Shown: in pieces, positions 1-9,175 of the stretch
Position numbering within the stretch: position 1 is the first letter of the stretch
Layout of the letters: the number at the start of each line of letters is the position of its first letter
Origin: Thermoplasmata archaeon
GTDB taxonomy: Archaea; Thermoplasmatota; Thermoplasmata; Lutacidiplasmatales; UBA184
Direction of reading: 5' to 3'
Assembly: GCA_022749815.1 (NCBI GenBank)
Contig: JAKIWV010000005.1
Coordinates: forward strand, 23,315-87,314
DNA: 64,000 bases
The notes under the pieces: generated by a model
Told to the model about the DNA's origin: nothing
Databases searched by the model: none
Seen by the model: the letters and a program-made list of their open reading frames with translations, nothing else
Program-made: the position numbers and the translations under genes

Positions 1-1
1 C

Positions 2-124
2 CGCATGTTCCGGCGCGTCAACGGCAACCGACGGGTCCCCGCTTGGGTGATGCAACGGACGAACCGGTCGGTGACCCGGCACCCGAAACGGCGGAGCTGG
101 AAGCGCGGACACCTGCAACCGTAG
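2..124 (+). CDS. rpl39e: 50S ribosomal protein L39e (5' truncated by window edge)
   Basis: Manual translation [40 protein letters not shown] carries the L39e [14 protein letters not shown] signature; lies directly upstream of rpl31e; not in ORF track. Confidence 0.93.
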   Translation, partial: RMFRRVNGNRRVPAWVMQRTNRSVTRHPKRRSWKRGHLQP

Positions 125-134
125 GAGCAGTTCG

Positions 135-431
135 ATGGCACGCACCCCGGACAAGACCCGAACTGAAGAACTCGAACGGGAATTCGTGGTACCCCTTCGC
201 GCGAGTAAACACCAGCCGGCACGTCATCGCCGCGCCGGACACGCGCTTCAGACCGTCCGTCGATTCATGGTCCGCCACATGCATGGTGCACCCGAGAAGA
301 TCTGGATCGACCCTCGTCTCAACACGTACATTTGGCAGTGGGGCGCCCAGCACATTCCCTCGAAGATCCGGGTGAAAGCGATCCGGTTCGAGGACGGCCT
401 GATCGAGGTCGACCTCGCCGAGGAATCGTAG
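135..431 (+). CDS. rpl31e: 50S ribosomal protein L31e
   Basis: ERxFVVPLR..RRA..A...VRRF..RHM, IDPRLNTYIW.WG...IPSKIRV motifs; L39e-L31e-eIF6 synteny. Confidence 0.96.
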   Translation: MARTPDKTRTEELEREFVVPLRASKHQPARHRRAGHALQTVRRFMVRHMHGAPEKIWIDPRLNTYIWQWGAQHIPSKIRVKAIRFEDGLIEVDLAEES

Positions 432-453
432 GGTTCGGGGTCGGAGCGACGGA

Positions 454-1119
454 GTGCCGGTCAACCGCCTGTCGATCGCCGGAAGTCCCTACCTTGGAGT
501 GTACCTCAGAGTCTCGGACCGTGGTGTGGTAGCGTCGCCGTCGCTCTCGGAGGCCGCCGGCCGCGAAGTCGAGCGTCTGTTCGGGGTTCCCGTAATTCGG
601 ACCACTGTGCTCGATTCCGAATTGGTGGGGTCCTTTCTTGCGCTGAATTCCTTCGGCGCGATCGTCGCGGAGGAGCCCGACGCCAGAGAGCTCCAACGAC
701 TCGATGCGTTCGGCCCGGTGACGGTGGTCCGGACGCTCCAAAACGCGCTCGGCAACAACGTTCTCGCGAATGACCTCGGGGCGCTGCTCCACCCCAGCTT
801 GTCCGATGCCGCGGCGACCCGGATCGGTGAAGCGCTGCGCGTCCCGGTCACGCGGGGCACCGTGGCGGGTCTGGGGACGGTGGGGATGGCCGCGGTGGCC
901 ACCAACCGGGGCGTCGTAGTGCATCCTCGGGCCACCGACGCCGAAGCCGCAGTACTCCGGGAGACGCTCAAGGTCCCGGTCCATCGGTCCACGGCGAACT
1001 TCGGGGTCCCGATTGTGGGGGCCTGCGTAACGGCCAATTCCCGGGGGATCCTCGCCGGATCCCTGACGACGCCGGTCGAGTTCGTCCATCTCCAAGAGGG
1101 ATTTCAGATCCTGGAGTGA
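454..1119 (+). CDS. eif6: translation initiation factor 6 (aIF6)
   Basis: GSPYLGVY, LGNNVLAND.GALLHP, TANFG...VGAC..ANSRG...G..TT..E motifs; operon context. Confidence 0.95.
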   Translation: MPVNRLSIAGSPYLGVYLRVSDRGVVASPSLSEAAGREVERLFGVPVIRTTVLDSELVGSFLALNSFGAIVAEEPDARELQRLDAFGPVTVVRTLQNALGNNVLANDLGALLHPSLSDAAATRIGEALRVPVTRGTVAGLGTVGMAAVATNRGVVVHPRATDAEAAVLRETLKVPVHRSTANFGVPIVGACVTANSRGILAGSLTTPVEFVHLQEGFQILE

Positions 1120-1151
1120 ACCGAACCCGCGGCCCGGAGCACAGACCCGCT

Positions 1152-1946
1152 TCAATCGACGGAGGTTCGCTCAAAAATCGAAACGACGCTCACGCCCTCG
1201 AAGCCACACGGGCGGTACAGCTGTTCCCCGAGGGTTACGGAGCGGGTGGTCAACTGTACCCCCCGGGCGCCGTCATGGACCGCCTCTTCGGTGGCCCGGA
1301 GGACGACCGCGGTGGCAACACCCTGTCCCCGCCATTCCGGCGCCGTTTGCACGTGCTCGATGGAGGCGAGAGATCCGATCCGGCTGAGGTCGCACGAGCC
1401 AGCCATCGAGTCCCCCATGAATCCCGCGAAGGTCCGACGACCGGGTTTGTCGGCCTGGCTGGAATAGAAACTCACCCGGTCCGAGGCACCCGGGCCCGAC
1501 TCCCCCCTTTCCTGTTCGACCCGGTAGGAGAGGGTAAGCCAGGCCGGTCGGAGGAACGGGTCCACGCGCCGGACCGTGATCTCGGGTTGGGGCCGCGCCG
1601 TGACCACGCCACGGAACGCGAGGAGCCCGAGCGGACGCTCGTGGAAACCCTCCCCGAGGAGAGATCCTCCCAGCCGGCTCCGGACCTCCTCGCCGAACAG
1701 CATCACCCTTCGACCTGGGATGCCGAGCGCGCGGAACGTCGGTTCGGCCTGGGCCCGGATCTCTTCCCATTCAACCGGGGGTTCCGTCGCACCGACCAGA
1801 ATCTGGTTGGCCCAGAGAACGGCCCGGTACCGGGGGTTTGTAACGACACGGGCCCCGCGCAGGCGTCGTACCTTGCCGACCCATCCTCGTCGTTCTCGCT
1901 CGGCTTCAAGAAAGTCGACGACCGTCGGATGGGACAAGAACGGCAC
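1152..1946 (-). CDS. GNAT family N-acetyltransferase
   Basis: C-terminal acetyl-CoA motif VQTAPEWRGQGVA and LYRPCGF; probable GTG start at 1946 after GGAG, downstream of rps17e. Confidence 0.8.
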   Translation of the reverse strand: MPFLSHPTVVDFLEAERERRGWVGKVRRLRGARVVTNPRYRAVLWANQILVGATEPPVEWEEIRAQAEPTFRALGIPGRRVMLFGEEVRSRLGGSLLGEGFHERPLGLLAFRGVVTARPQPEITVRRVDPFLRPAWLTLSYRVEQERGESGPGASDRVSFYSSQADKPGRRTFAGFMGDSMAGSCDLSRIGSLASIEHVQTAPEWRGQGVATAVVLRATEEAVHDGARGVQLTTRSVTLGEQLYRPCGFEGVSVVSIFERTSVD

Positions 1947-1963
1947 GTACCCGTGCGCTCCCG

Positions 1964-2188
1964 TTACGTTGCCCGGCGACGCTTGACGTACCGAGTGCAG
2001 TACCCGGCGATCCGATTGGCGAGCTTCTTGTAGACAACGCGCGCGTGGCCGTCGACTTCGACCCGGAGGTCGGTGAGCTCGAGGACCTTCTCCTTGTTGT
2101 GCGCGAAATCTCCGGTGAACGCTTCGGGATAGTGTCGGACGAGGTCGATGGCGACCCGTTTGATGTAGGTTTGCCGGATGCTCCCCAT
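1964..2188 (-). CDS. rps17e: 30S ribosomal protein S17e
   Basis: MGSIRQTYIKRVAIDL...F..DF.HNK...KKLANRIAGYCTR; 74 aa C-terminal part of the long 1964..3052 ORF; TTTATAA box upstream at 2214-2220. Confidence 0.95.
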   Translation of the reverse strand: MGSIRQTYIKRVAIDLVRHYPEAFTGDFAHNKEKVLELTDLRVEVDGHARVVYKKLANRIAGYCTRYVKRRRAT

Positions 2189-2423
2189 GCGCGGCGCGCC
2201 GACCCACGGTCGGTTTATAACCCTATCTTTGCGACGGGAACCGTTGTCCGAGTGGGTCCCACCGCCGAGCCGGGACCGGTTTCCGACGCGCGGGGTCGGG
2301 ACAAGAACCATATAGCTTTCGGACCCTAAAACGAAGGGTGACCGGGAGCAGCGAGAACCGCCTCCGGGCCCTGCGCGGTCCGCCGTCGGGTTCCGTCCTC
2401 GTTTGATCGTAGGTGACCCCTCG

Positions 2424-3935
2424 ATGTTAGCCGACGATATGGAGCCCCTTCCAGCACCGGTCGTTCGGCCTCGCCACGTCCTCGTTCTCGACCTATCGAA
2501 GAGCATGCTCGCCCCACTGCCGGACCCTTCCGGGGTCCAAGGCACGCGGCGGAAGATCGAAGTCGCGCGCACCGCGGTGTATCGCATCCTGGAGAACGCC
2601 GAGGCCACCGGAGCGTTCTTCGGACTCGTCACGTTCACGGACAGCGCGCGCGTCGCGGTGCCGCTCACGGAGATCCGACACGAGAACCTTCCGTACATCG
2701 AGAGCCTCATCTCGATGCTGACCCCCTCGGGCCGGTCGGCGATATGGGACGGCATCGCGCTCGGAGCCGACCTGCTGCGCAGACCCACCGGCGAGGTCGC
2801 TGGCACTCTTGCGCTCGTGACGGACGGGTGGGACAATGCATCGAGCCGGTTCCGTGCTCCGGCCTCGGAGCCCTTGACCCCCGAATCGAGTCGGCGGCTC
2901 GACGTGGTTCCCCACATCCTGCCCAACTCCTCCCAACTTACGTTGCGCATCATCGGCATCGGGAGCGGGTCCGAGCGCGACAAGGGCGTCGACTCGGAAC
3001 AGATGAACGGCCTGGTCGAACAGCTGCGGGGGCGGGCGAACGCGGGCGGCATCGCCGCCGAAGTGACCTACCAAGAAGTCGTTACCAGCACTGACCTGTT
3101 CTCCCAGATGGTCAACTCCTTCATCGACGTGGGCTATGAAGGGGCGCGTCCCCTCGAGGATCTCCATCCGGATGAGCTCGCGGAGCACGCGGCGCGGGCC
3201 GCGAAGGCGCTGAAAGCACCGGGGGAGCACGCCACCATCTCGCAGCTCAGGAACCGACGGGACCTTCCCTCTGCTCCCGCCGAGACGGGGGCCGGTGCGC
3301 TGCCCGCCGATGTCGACGTGCTCGAGCTTCAGGGAGGGACCTTGCCTCCCCATCTCACAGAGCGATACGGTCCTCTTGGTGAAGTGGTCGAGGCGTTCGT
3401 CGCGCGGGACTACGCCAGTGCGATGAACCGTTTGTTCCGCGCCCAGTCGCTCCTTCCCGCGCTGAGCCGATATTACTGGGAGGCCCGAATCCACTACGCC
3501 CGGGGCGAAGTGGTCGAGGCCGCTCGGTCGTTACTTCACGCCTGGGTCGAAGCCGACCGGCTGCCGGCCGAGGCCCGCGGCCGGATCGGCCGACGGTTGG
3601 CGCTGCTCCAAAGCCGCATCCAGAACGACTCCGAAACCGAGACGCTGGTCCGCTTCATGGACGAGACGCAACACCGGCTCGAGCGGAAGGAACCCGAGCT
3701 CGGTCGCCTGCTCGAGGGGATCTTCGAAAAGCTCCTCGAGCTCCGGACCACCTACCAACTCGCCCGGGTCGGGGGCACTGACCAGTCCTTAATGCAGGGG
3801 GCGATCCAGCACGAGAATTCCGTCGAGGAGATCTTCGGGCTGTTGCAGGATATACGTCTCCGGAACACCCAGCGGGACACGGTCGCCGACGGGGCGCTTG
3901 ATTTTATGGAAATATGCCTCGCGGAGATGCGCTGA
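2424..3935 (+). CDS. vWA domain protein with C-terminal TPR-like helical region
   Basis: MIDAS DxSxS (VLDLSKSM), GLVTF, LVTDG, IIGIG strands; C-terminal YYWEARIHYARGEVVEAARSL TPR-like helices; GGTGA SD before ATG 2424. Confidence 0.85.
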   Translation: MLADDMEPLPAPVVRPRHVLVLDLSKSMLAPLPDPSGVQGTRRKIEVARTAVYRILENAEATGAFFGLVTFTDSARVAVPLTEIRHENLPYIESLISMLTPSGRSAIWDGIALGADLLRRPTGEVAGTLALVTDGWDNASSRFRAPASEPLTPESSRRLDVVPHILPNSSQLTLRIIGIGSGSERDKGVDSEQMNGLVEQLRGRANAGGIAAEVTYQEVVTSTDLFSQMVNSFIDVGYEGARPLEDLHPDELAEHAARAAKALKAPGEHATISQLRNRRDLPSAPAETGAGALPADVDVLELQGGTLPPHLTERYGPLGEVVEAFVARDYASAMNRLFRAQSLLPALSRYYWEARIHYARGEVVEAARSLLHAWVEADRLPAEARGRIGRRLALLQSRIQNDSETETLVRFMDETQHRLERKEPELGRLLEGIFEKLLELRTTYQLARVGGTDQSLMQGAIQHENSVEEIFGLLQDIRLRNTQRDTVADGALDFMEICLAEMR

Positions 3936-3958
3936 AGCCGCTGTCAGAGGGGTAATCG

Positions 3959-5149
3959 ATGACCGTCAAGACGACGCCCAAAACGAAGGTCAAGCGGGCG
4001 CCGCGCAAGGCCGACGAAACCGGCCCCTCCGCTGCCGCCGCGCGAATCGCTGTCGTAGGGATCCCCGCCTCCGGGAAGACGACTTACTTCCGCTTCCTTT
4101 CGGGGCACTTCGGCCTGAACTTGCCGATCACCTACGTCCCCGCCCGCGTCGACTCCAACTCCCTCCCGATCTACGGTGACCTCGAATCCGACGTGATCCT
4201 CGAAGAGACGACCTACGAGACCACGGACCCAACCGACCCAGAGGGGAGTCTCGAGGCGACGACCCGGTACTACGTGAATCGCCCGATGGAAGACCCCAAG
4301 AAACTGTGGGTCGAACTCGCCGCATCGCGCGAAGAGCAGGGCGTCCTCACCAAGTATCCGTTGCCCACGAAATTCAACCAGTTCGTCGAAATGAAGATGC
4401 GCTTTCGGTTCGGCAGCAAGGACCCGACAGCGCCCGGCTCCCGGCCCATGATCATGCATACCATCGACGAAGCCGGCGGAATCATCTCGGATTACTTCAC
4501 CTATGACCGTCTTTGGCTCACGTCGCCCGAGGGTCAGGTCGATGAGAAGACGTGCCGGGTCATTCCTCATTTCGAAACGTGGCGCCCGGACCGGCAAGAA
4601 CTCTGGCGCCGGGGCCTGACGCTCCTCGGCCGATTCGTCGTGGAAGCCGACGGGATCATCCTCCTGCTCTCTCCGTCGCTCCCCTCGTTGCGGGACCAGG
4701 CCCAACAGGTGAACCTGGCCCGCGGGGTTCTCCGCTACGTGAAGGCCCGCAAGATCCCGCTCGTGATCGCGATCTCCAAGGCGGACCTGCTCAAGGACTT
4801 CTACAGCGAGATCGACCATGTGCTGAAGGACCGGTCCTACCAGAGCGAGTTCGATTCCCAGGAGTTCTTACTGCGCCGCGACGGGGCGGGCATGGGCACG
4901 ATACTCGTCGCCCACGAAGGGCAGGGAATCTCCACGAAAGACGACGTGTTCCTGGTCTCGTCGGCGGTCTCGACCGGCGAGGGGCGTCCGCTGCTGTGGA
5001 CGGATTCCGGGACGGTGGAAACCGGTCCGGCGGGAACGAGCTCCGGGACCCCGGCCCATGCGGGGATACCGGTGATGGTCAACACGCCCCTGCCTCTCGC
5101 CCGGATATGCGAACGGGTGCTCTCGAAGGAGTCGGCCGGAGCGAAGTGA
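3959..5149 (+). CDS. TRAFAC-class P-loop GTPase with insertions
   Basis: G1 GIPASGKT, G3 DEAG, G4 SKAD, G5-like VSSA; ADGIILLL strand. Confidence 0.85.
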   Translation: MTVKTTPKTKVKRAPRKADETGPSAAAARIAVVGIPASGKTTYFRFLSGHFGLNLPITYVPARVDSNSLPIYGDLESDVILEETTYETTDPTDPEGSLEATTRYYVNRPMEDPKKLWVELAASREEQGVLTKYPLPTKFNQFVEMKMRFRFGSKDPTAPGSRPMIMHTIDEAGGIISDYFTYDRLWLTSPEGQVDEKTCRVIPHFETWRPDRQELWRRGLTLLGRFVVEADGIILLLSPSLPSLRDQAQQVNLARGVLRYVKARKIPLVIAISKADLLKDFYSEIDHVLKDRSYQSEFDSQEFLLRRDGAGMGTILVAHEGQGISTKDDVFLVSSAVSTGEGRPLLWTDSGTVETGPAGTSSGTPAHAGIPVMVNTPLPLARICERVLSKESAGAK

Positions 5150-8100
5150 TGGCATCCCCGGGCCCCAAGGCCGCCGATCCCACCGCCGGCGGGTCAACGG
5201 AACCCATCGCGGTCGTATGGTGTCGCCAGGTCGACAACGAGGCCGAGAGTCCCGGGTACACGGCCCTTCCCAACGACTTCACCGGCTACCAGGAGACACT
5301 GGACGCGATTCGAATCGTCGGGAACCTGGCCGTAAACATCTCCGACACCCAGGATTACTGGGATCCGGATCCGGCGCTGCCGCTCTCGTACTACCGGAAC
5401 CTGTTCCTGTACCCTGCGTACGGCGGCACCTACACGTGCCTCGGTCGGATGTTCCTCTCGACCGAGGACCGTCCACGTCTGGGCATGAAGACCCTCGTCC
5501 TCGACACGGCGCGTTTGTTGGCGACGCCCTCCTTCGGCGAGACGATCCTTCGATGGTACGAATCGATGGGCGGCGGACGCCACGACCAGCGACCCCCACC
5601 GCCGCCCGACCCCAAGCTCTACCCGCTCGTCGGGGAAGGCTTCCTGTTCTACCGGGGTTCGACGGAGCCTGTCCTCTTGATCGCTGCCGACGAATGGGAG
5701 GCGACGATGGAGACGATCTTCGACTACGTGCGCGCGCTCCCGGCCTCGCTGCTGACGCTCGGCGCTATCTTGGCCTTCCCGTACTTCCTCCCCGAGCCGA
5801 AGACCAACCTTGCCGAATTCGCCGAAGCGACTCCTTTGGCGCTCGCCACCCTCCGGGTTCCTCGAGGCGAGTCGACCGGTGAACGCCATCGGAAGCGGGT
5901 CCAGAGCTGGGAGGAGGCCCCTTTCACGCTCTACGACCTGACGGCCGGGATCCCGGCGCCGGCGGGGAAAGGGAAGGAAGTCGTGCCGCTGATCGTACAG
6001 TACGTTCGCGACCACGCATCGGCCAAACTATCGCCGGTGACCGAGCGGGTAGACCGCGTCGAGCTTCGCACGTTGCGCGCGCGCCTCGCCGACCCGGATC
6101 GACAAGGAGGGAAGGACCGGCGCAAGGAAATGTGGCGTCTCGCGACGGCGATGGAGAGCACCGCGCTCTTGCTCCAACGGCCCCGAGGCCGACGGCTGGA
6201 ACTCAGTCCCGAGCTCTCTCGGCGAGCTCAGGAGTATCTCCGGGCCCACGCCGGGGAGGAACCCACGGAGGAGATCCGGCCGGCCGACCTTCCTCCGTCG
6301 GCCCCGGCGTTCGTGCCGGATGCCCAGGTAGCCGGCCAGCTCCCGCCGTGGTTGCAGCGGGGGAGCGCGCCTCCCCCCGCCCTCCAGCGAGCCAGCAAGG
6401 TCGAAGTGATCCCGATGTCCGTAAAGGACGACCCTTCGCTCCTCAAAGTCGCCGAGCCGACGGCCGGTGCCGCCGCGGCGACCGCCGGAGGCGGGGCGCT
6501 TCGTCGGCAAGTCGAGGCCGACCTCATGAGGTACCTCGACGAGCGGTTGTCCAATGTGAATCCGGTGCCCCCCTCGACCTGGACCCAAGCGCTCGAGGAC
6601 CGGCTCGCGACCCGATTCAATTCGGCCGTGGAGCGACGTCTCCAAGAGCTTCCGGCGCCGGTATCGGCGACCCCGCTCGACCCTCTCCGCCTGGACGGGG
6701 TCGTCCAGGAACGCCTCCGACCGGCCCTCGCGGACCAGGCAGCCCGGCAAGCGGAGGCCGTCAAGGAGGTGCGGACCGCCCTGGAGCAACGATTCGGCGC
6801 GTGGACCGCCGTCCAACAGCAGGCGCTGAGCTCGCTGACCGACCGGCTCCTGGCGCGGACCGCCGAGCTCGAAGCCCGCCTCGGCCAAGACTCGTCGACC
6901 CGGATCTCCCAGGCCGAGGAACGAGTTCGAGCCGACCTTCGCACGATCGTGAATCAGGAACTGGACCGCGGTGTGCGGAGTCTCGTCGAACCGAAACTGC
7001 AGGATCTGAAGGCCCGCTCCGAGGAGACTCTCCGTCAATCCACATTGGAGATCCGCGCCCAATTGCGGGACTCCCTGAACCAAGCCCTGACCGACGTGAA
7101 ACAACGGGCGCAAGCGTCCGAGGAGAACCTGCGCGGGGCGCTGGTGGCCCAGCTCGACCTCCACTTGCGCGAGGCCCAGGACCGCGACGAGACCCAACTC
7201 AAGGAGCTCGAACAAAAGCTCCGGGCGGCGGGCGAATCCCGTATCACGGAAGCCGAACAGCGGCGAGTCAAAGAACTCCAGGAGATCGAACGACGCCTCT
7301 CCCTTCTAATCGACGGGCGAGCGCGCGAGGTACAGGAAAAGGTGTCGGCGGCGCTGCGCGAAACCGAGACCCGGACCGCGGGCCAGCTCGACGAGCAACT
7401 CGGCGCGCTGGAAGCCCGCGGTGACCGAAAGGTCGATTCGAAGCTCGACGAGCTGCGCGAATCCGAGATGCACTCGGTCGCAGACCTGCAGGTTCGCCTT
7501 CAGTCCTACGCCGACCAGAAGCTCCGAGAGAGCATGGATCGGGAACGGGAAAAGGTCCTCGAGCTGTTGGCTCGCCTGAAAGGCGAGACCGAAGCGTCCC
7601 TGGCCCACGCGCTGGACGCCCCGACGGCCGAGCGGATCGCCAAGGACCAGTTCCAGCGCAGCACCGACACCTTCAAGGCGGACATTCAGCAGCTCATCGA
7701 CCTGCGCGCCATGGCGGTCGAGGAACGGTTCTCCCGGGAACACGCCGACCTGACGCAACGTCTTGAAGGCCTGCGGACCGACGTTGCCGACCGGAGTCGC
7801 GACAACACCCGGCTCGAAGACGCCGTTCGGGCCGAGCTGGAAGAGTTGGACCGCAAGATCGTCGTGCTGACCGACCGACTCGTGCCCGTCGTCCGGAAGG
7901 CGTGGACCCGTCTCGCCGAGGTCGAGCGGGGCTCCTCGAGCTCGGCCGAATCGGACCTGAAGTACGCCCAGCTGCGCCGGGAGTTCACGCACGACCTCCG
8001 GCGGATCGAGACCGACCTCGCAGAACGCACGAGAGAGATCCGCGAGCGCGTGGAAGGCACCATCGCCAACCAAGGCCGAGTTTGGCTTACGCTGGTCCGC

Positions 8101-8328
8101 CAGCTCTCCCAGATGACCGAGGAGCGACGCGCCATCGAGGAGGCCCGGGCGCCCACCGTTCTGACCCGGCCCCGCGCCAATTCGCCCCCCGACAGCGTGG
8201 ACCGGGAGCTGGCCTCGCTCTCCGACCTGACGCGTTCGGGTCTGGGGGGGGAGGAGGCGGTTGAAGACGCGCCCGAAGAGCCGGAGACGAACTCGCGCCG
8301 GCGCACGCGCCGTCCTTCGGGGCGATAG
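5149..8328 (+). CDS. 1059-aa protein: N-terminal globular module (longin/DENN- or GAP1-N-like), Pro-rich linker, long coiled coil
   Basis: ATG overlaps the GTPase stop (TGATG); E/Q/R/L heptad-rich region over roughly the C-terminal 550 aa; domain assignment is inference. Confidence 0.8.
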   Translation: MASPGPKAADPTAGGSTEPIAVVWCRQVDNEAESPGYTALPNDFTGYQETLDAIRIVGNLAVNISDTQDYWDPDPALPLSYYRNLFLYPAYGGTYTCLGRMFLSTEDRPRLGMKTLVLDTARLLATPSFGETILRWYESMGGGRHDQRPPPPPDPKLYPLVGEGFLFYRGSTEPVLLIAADEWEATMETIFDYVRALPASLLTLGAILAFPYFLPEPKTNLAEFAEATPLALATLRVPRGESTGERHRKRVQSWEEAPFTLYDLTAGIPAPAGKGKEVVPLIVQYVRDHASAKLSPVTERVDRVELRTLRARLADPDRQGGKDRRKEMWRLATAMESTALLLQRPRGRRLELSPELSRRAQEYLRAHAGEEPTEEIRPADLPPSAPAFVPDAQVAGQLPPWLQRGSAPPPALQRASKVEVIPMSVKDDPSLLKVAEPTAGAAAATAGGGALRRQVEADLMRYLDERLSNVNPVPPSTWTQALEDRLATRFNSAVERRLQELPAPVSATPLDPLRLDGVVQERLRPALADQAARQAEAVKEVRTALEQRFGAWTAVQQQALSSLTDRLLARTAELEARLGQDSSTRISQAEERVRADLRTIVNQELDRGVRSLVEPKLQDLKARSEETLRQSTLEIRAQLRDSLNQALTDVKQRAQASEENLRGALVAQLDLHLREAQDRDETQLKELEQKLRAAGESRITEAEQRRVKELQEIERRLSLLIDGRAREVQEKVSAALRETETRTAGQLDEQLGALEARGDRKVDSKLDELRESEMHSVADLQVRLQSYADQKLRESMDREREKVLELLARLKGETEASLAHALDAPTAERIAKDQFQRSTDTFKADIQQLIDLRAMAVEERFSREHADLTQRLEGLRTDVADRSRDNTRLEDAVRAELEELDRKIVVLTDRLVPVVRKAWTRLAEVERGSSSSAESDLKYAQLRREFTHDLRRIETDLAERTREIRERVEGTIANQGRVWLTLVRQLSQMTEERRAIEEARAPTVLTRPRANSPPDSVDRELASLSDLTRSGLGGEEAVEDAPEEPETNSRRRTRRPSGR

Positions 8329-8375
8329 CGTAGGCCGTCCGACCGGAACGATCCCTCGGCAGGGTCTAGCACCCC

Positions 8376-8927
8376 GTGGAGGTATCGGGTGCTCTCGTGA
8401 CGAGGCGTGCGACGCGCCGGCCTTCGGTCGCGGTGCTCGGCGGAACCTTCGACCATTTGCATGTCGGCCACCGGGCGCTGCTCGAGGCCGCTTTTGCTCG
8501 GGCCGACGTGGTCAAGATCGGCCTCACGTCGGACCGCTTTGTCCGTTCCGAACGGAAGCCGATCGCCGGCCGCGTCCAGTCCTACCCCGTGCGCCGGCGC
8601 CACCTTCGGACCTTCCTGCGTCAGCGGTTCGGCCGCCGGGCCTGGTCGATCGTCGTCCTGAACGACATGTGGGGCCGGGCAGTGGCCCCGGGCGCCGATC
8701 TCCTGGTGCTCTCGGTGGAAACCCGCCGAGCGGCGCGACCGATCAACGCCGAGCGCCGCCGACGGGGACTCGCTCCCCTTCGGGTGTACGCCGTGCCACT
8801 CGTTCGGGCCCGCGACGGACGGCCGGTCGCCTCTCGACGGATCCGCGCGGGGGAGATCGACGTCGCGGGAAATCCTCTCCGAACGGCGCGCCCACCTCGC
8901 CCAAGTGCCGGGCCGGCGAAGGGTTAA
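8376..8927 (+). CDS. coaD: archaeal phosphopantetheine adenylyltransferase
   Basis: GGTFDHLHVGH, GLTSD, LVLSVET, IN..R...GL, ASRRIRAGEID. Confidence 0.9.
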   Translation: MEVSGALVTRRATRRPSVAVLGGTFDHLHVGHRALLEAAFARADVVKIGLTSDRFVRSERKPIAGRVQSYPVRRRHLRTFLRQRFGRRAWSIVVLNDMWGRAVAPGADLLVLSVETRRAARPINAERRRRGLAPLRVYAVPLVRARDGRPVASRRIRAGEIDVAGNPLRTARPPRPSAGPAKG

Positions 8928-8953
8928 TCTAAGCTAGTCCGGTCGGACGGGCG

Positions 8954-9175
8954 ATGGAAACGTACCTCCGCGTGAGCTTCCACAGCGAGGGCGCGAAGCC
9001 CTCCGAGATCGCGGACCGTCTCGTCGGCTTCGGGTTTGTCCCCACTCAGGGCAACTACGATTTCCTCTACGATTGGCGCGGTCCCGCCACGCCGGACCAA
9101 CTGCTGGACCTGAGCGACGAAGTGTCTCGGCTCCTTCGGGGCTACCGGGTCATCTTCGAGATCGAGACGGTGTAG
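8954..9175 (+). CDS. small conserved hypothetical protein (73 aa)
   Basis: ATG start, typical codon usage, globular alpha/beta pattern. Confidence 0.75.
   Translation: METYLRVSFHSEGAKPSEIADRLVGFGFVPTQGNYDFLYDWRGPATPDQLLDLSDEVSRLLRGYRVIFEIETV

Noticed and set aside
1964-3052. 362-aa minus ORF appearing to be an extended S17e
   Set aside because: Only the last 74 aa are S17e; the rest is the antisense shadow of the vWA gene
4552-5148. N-terminal 199 aa of the 1258-aa ORF
   Set aside because: It overlaps the GTPase in another frame and is Pro/Arg junk; the real start is ATG 5149
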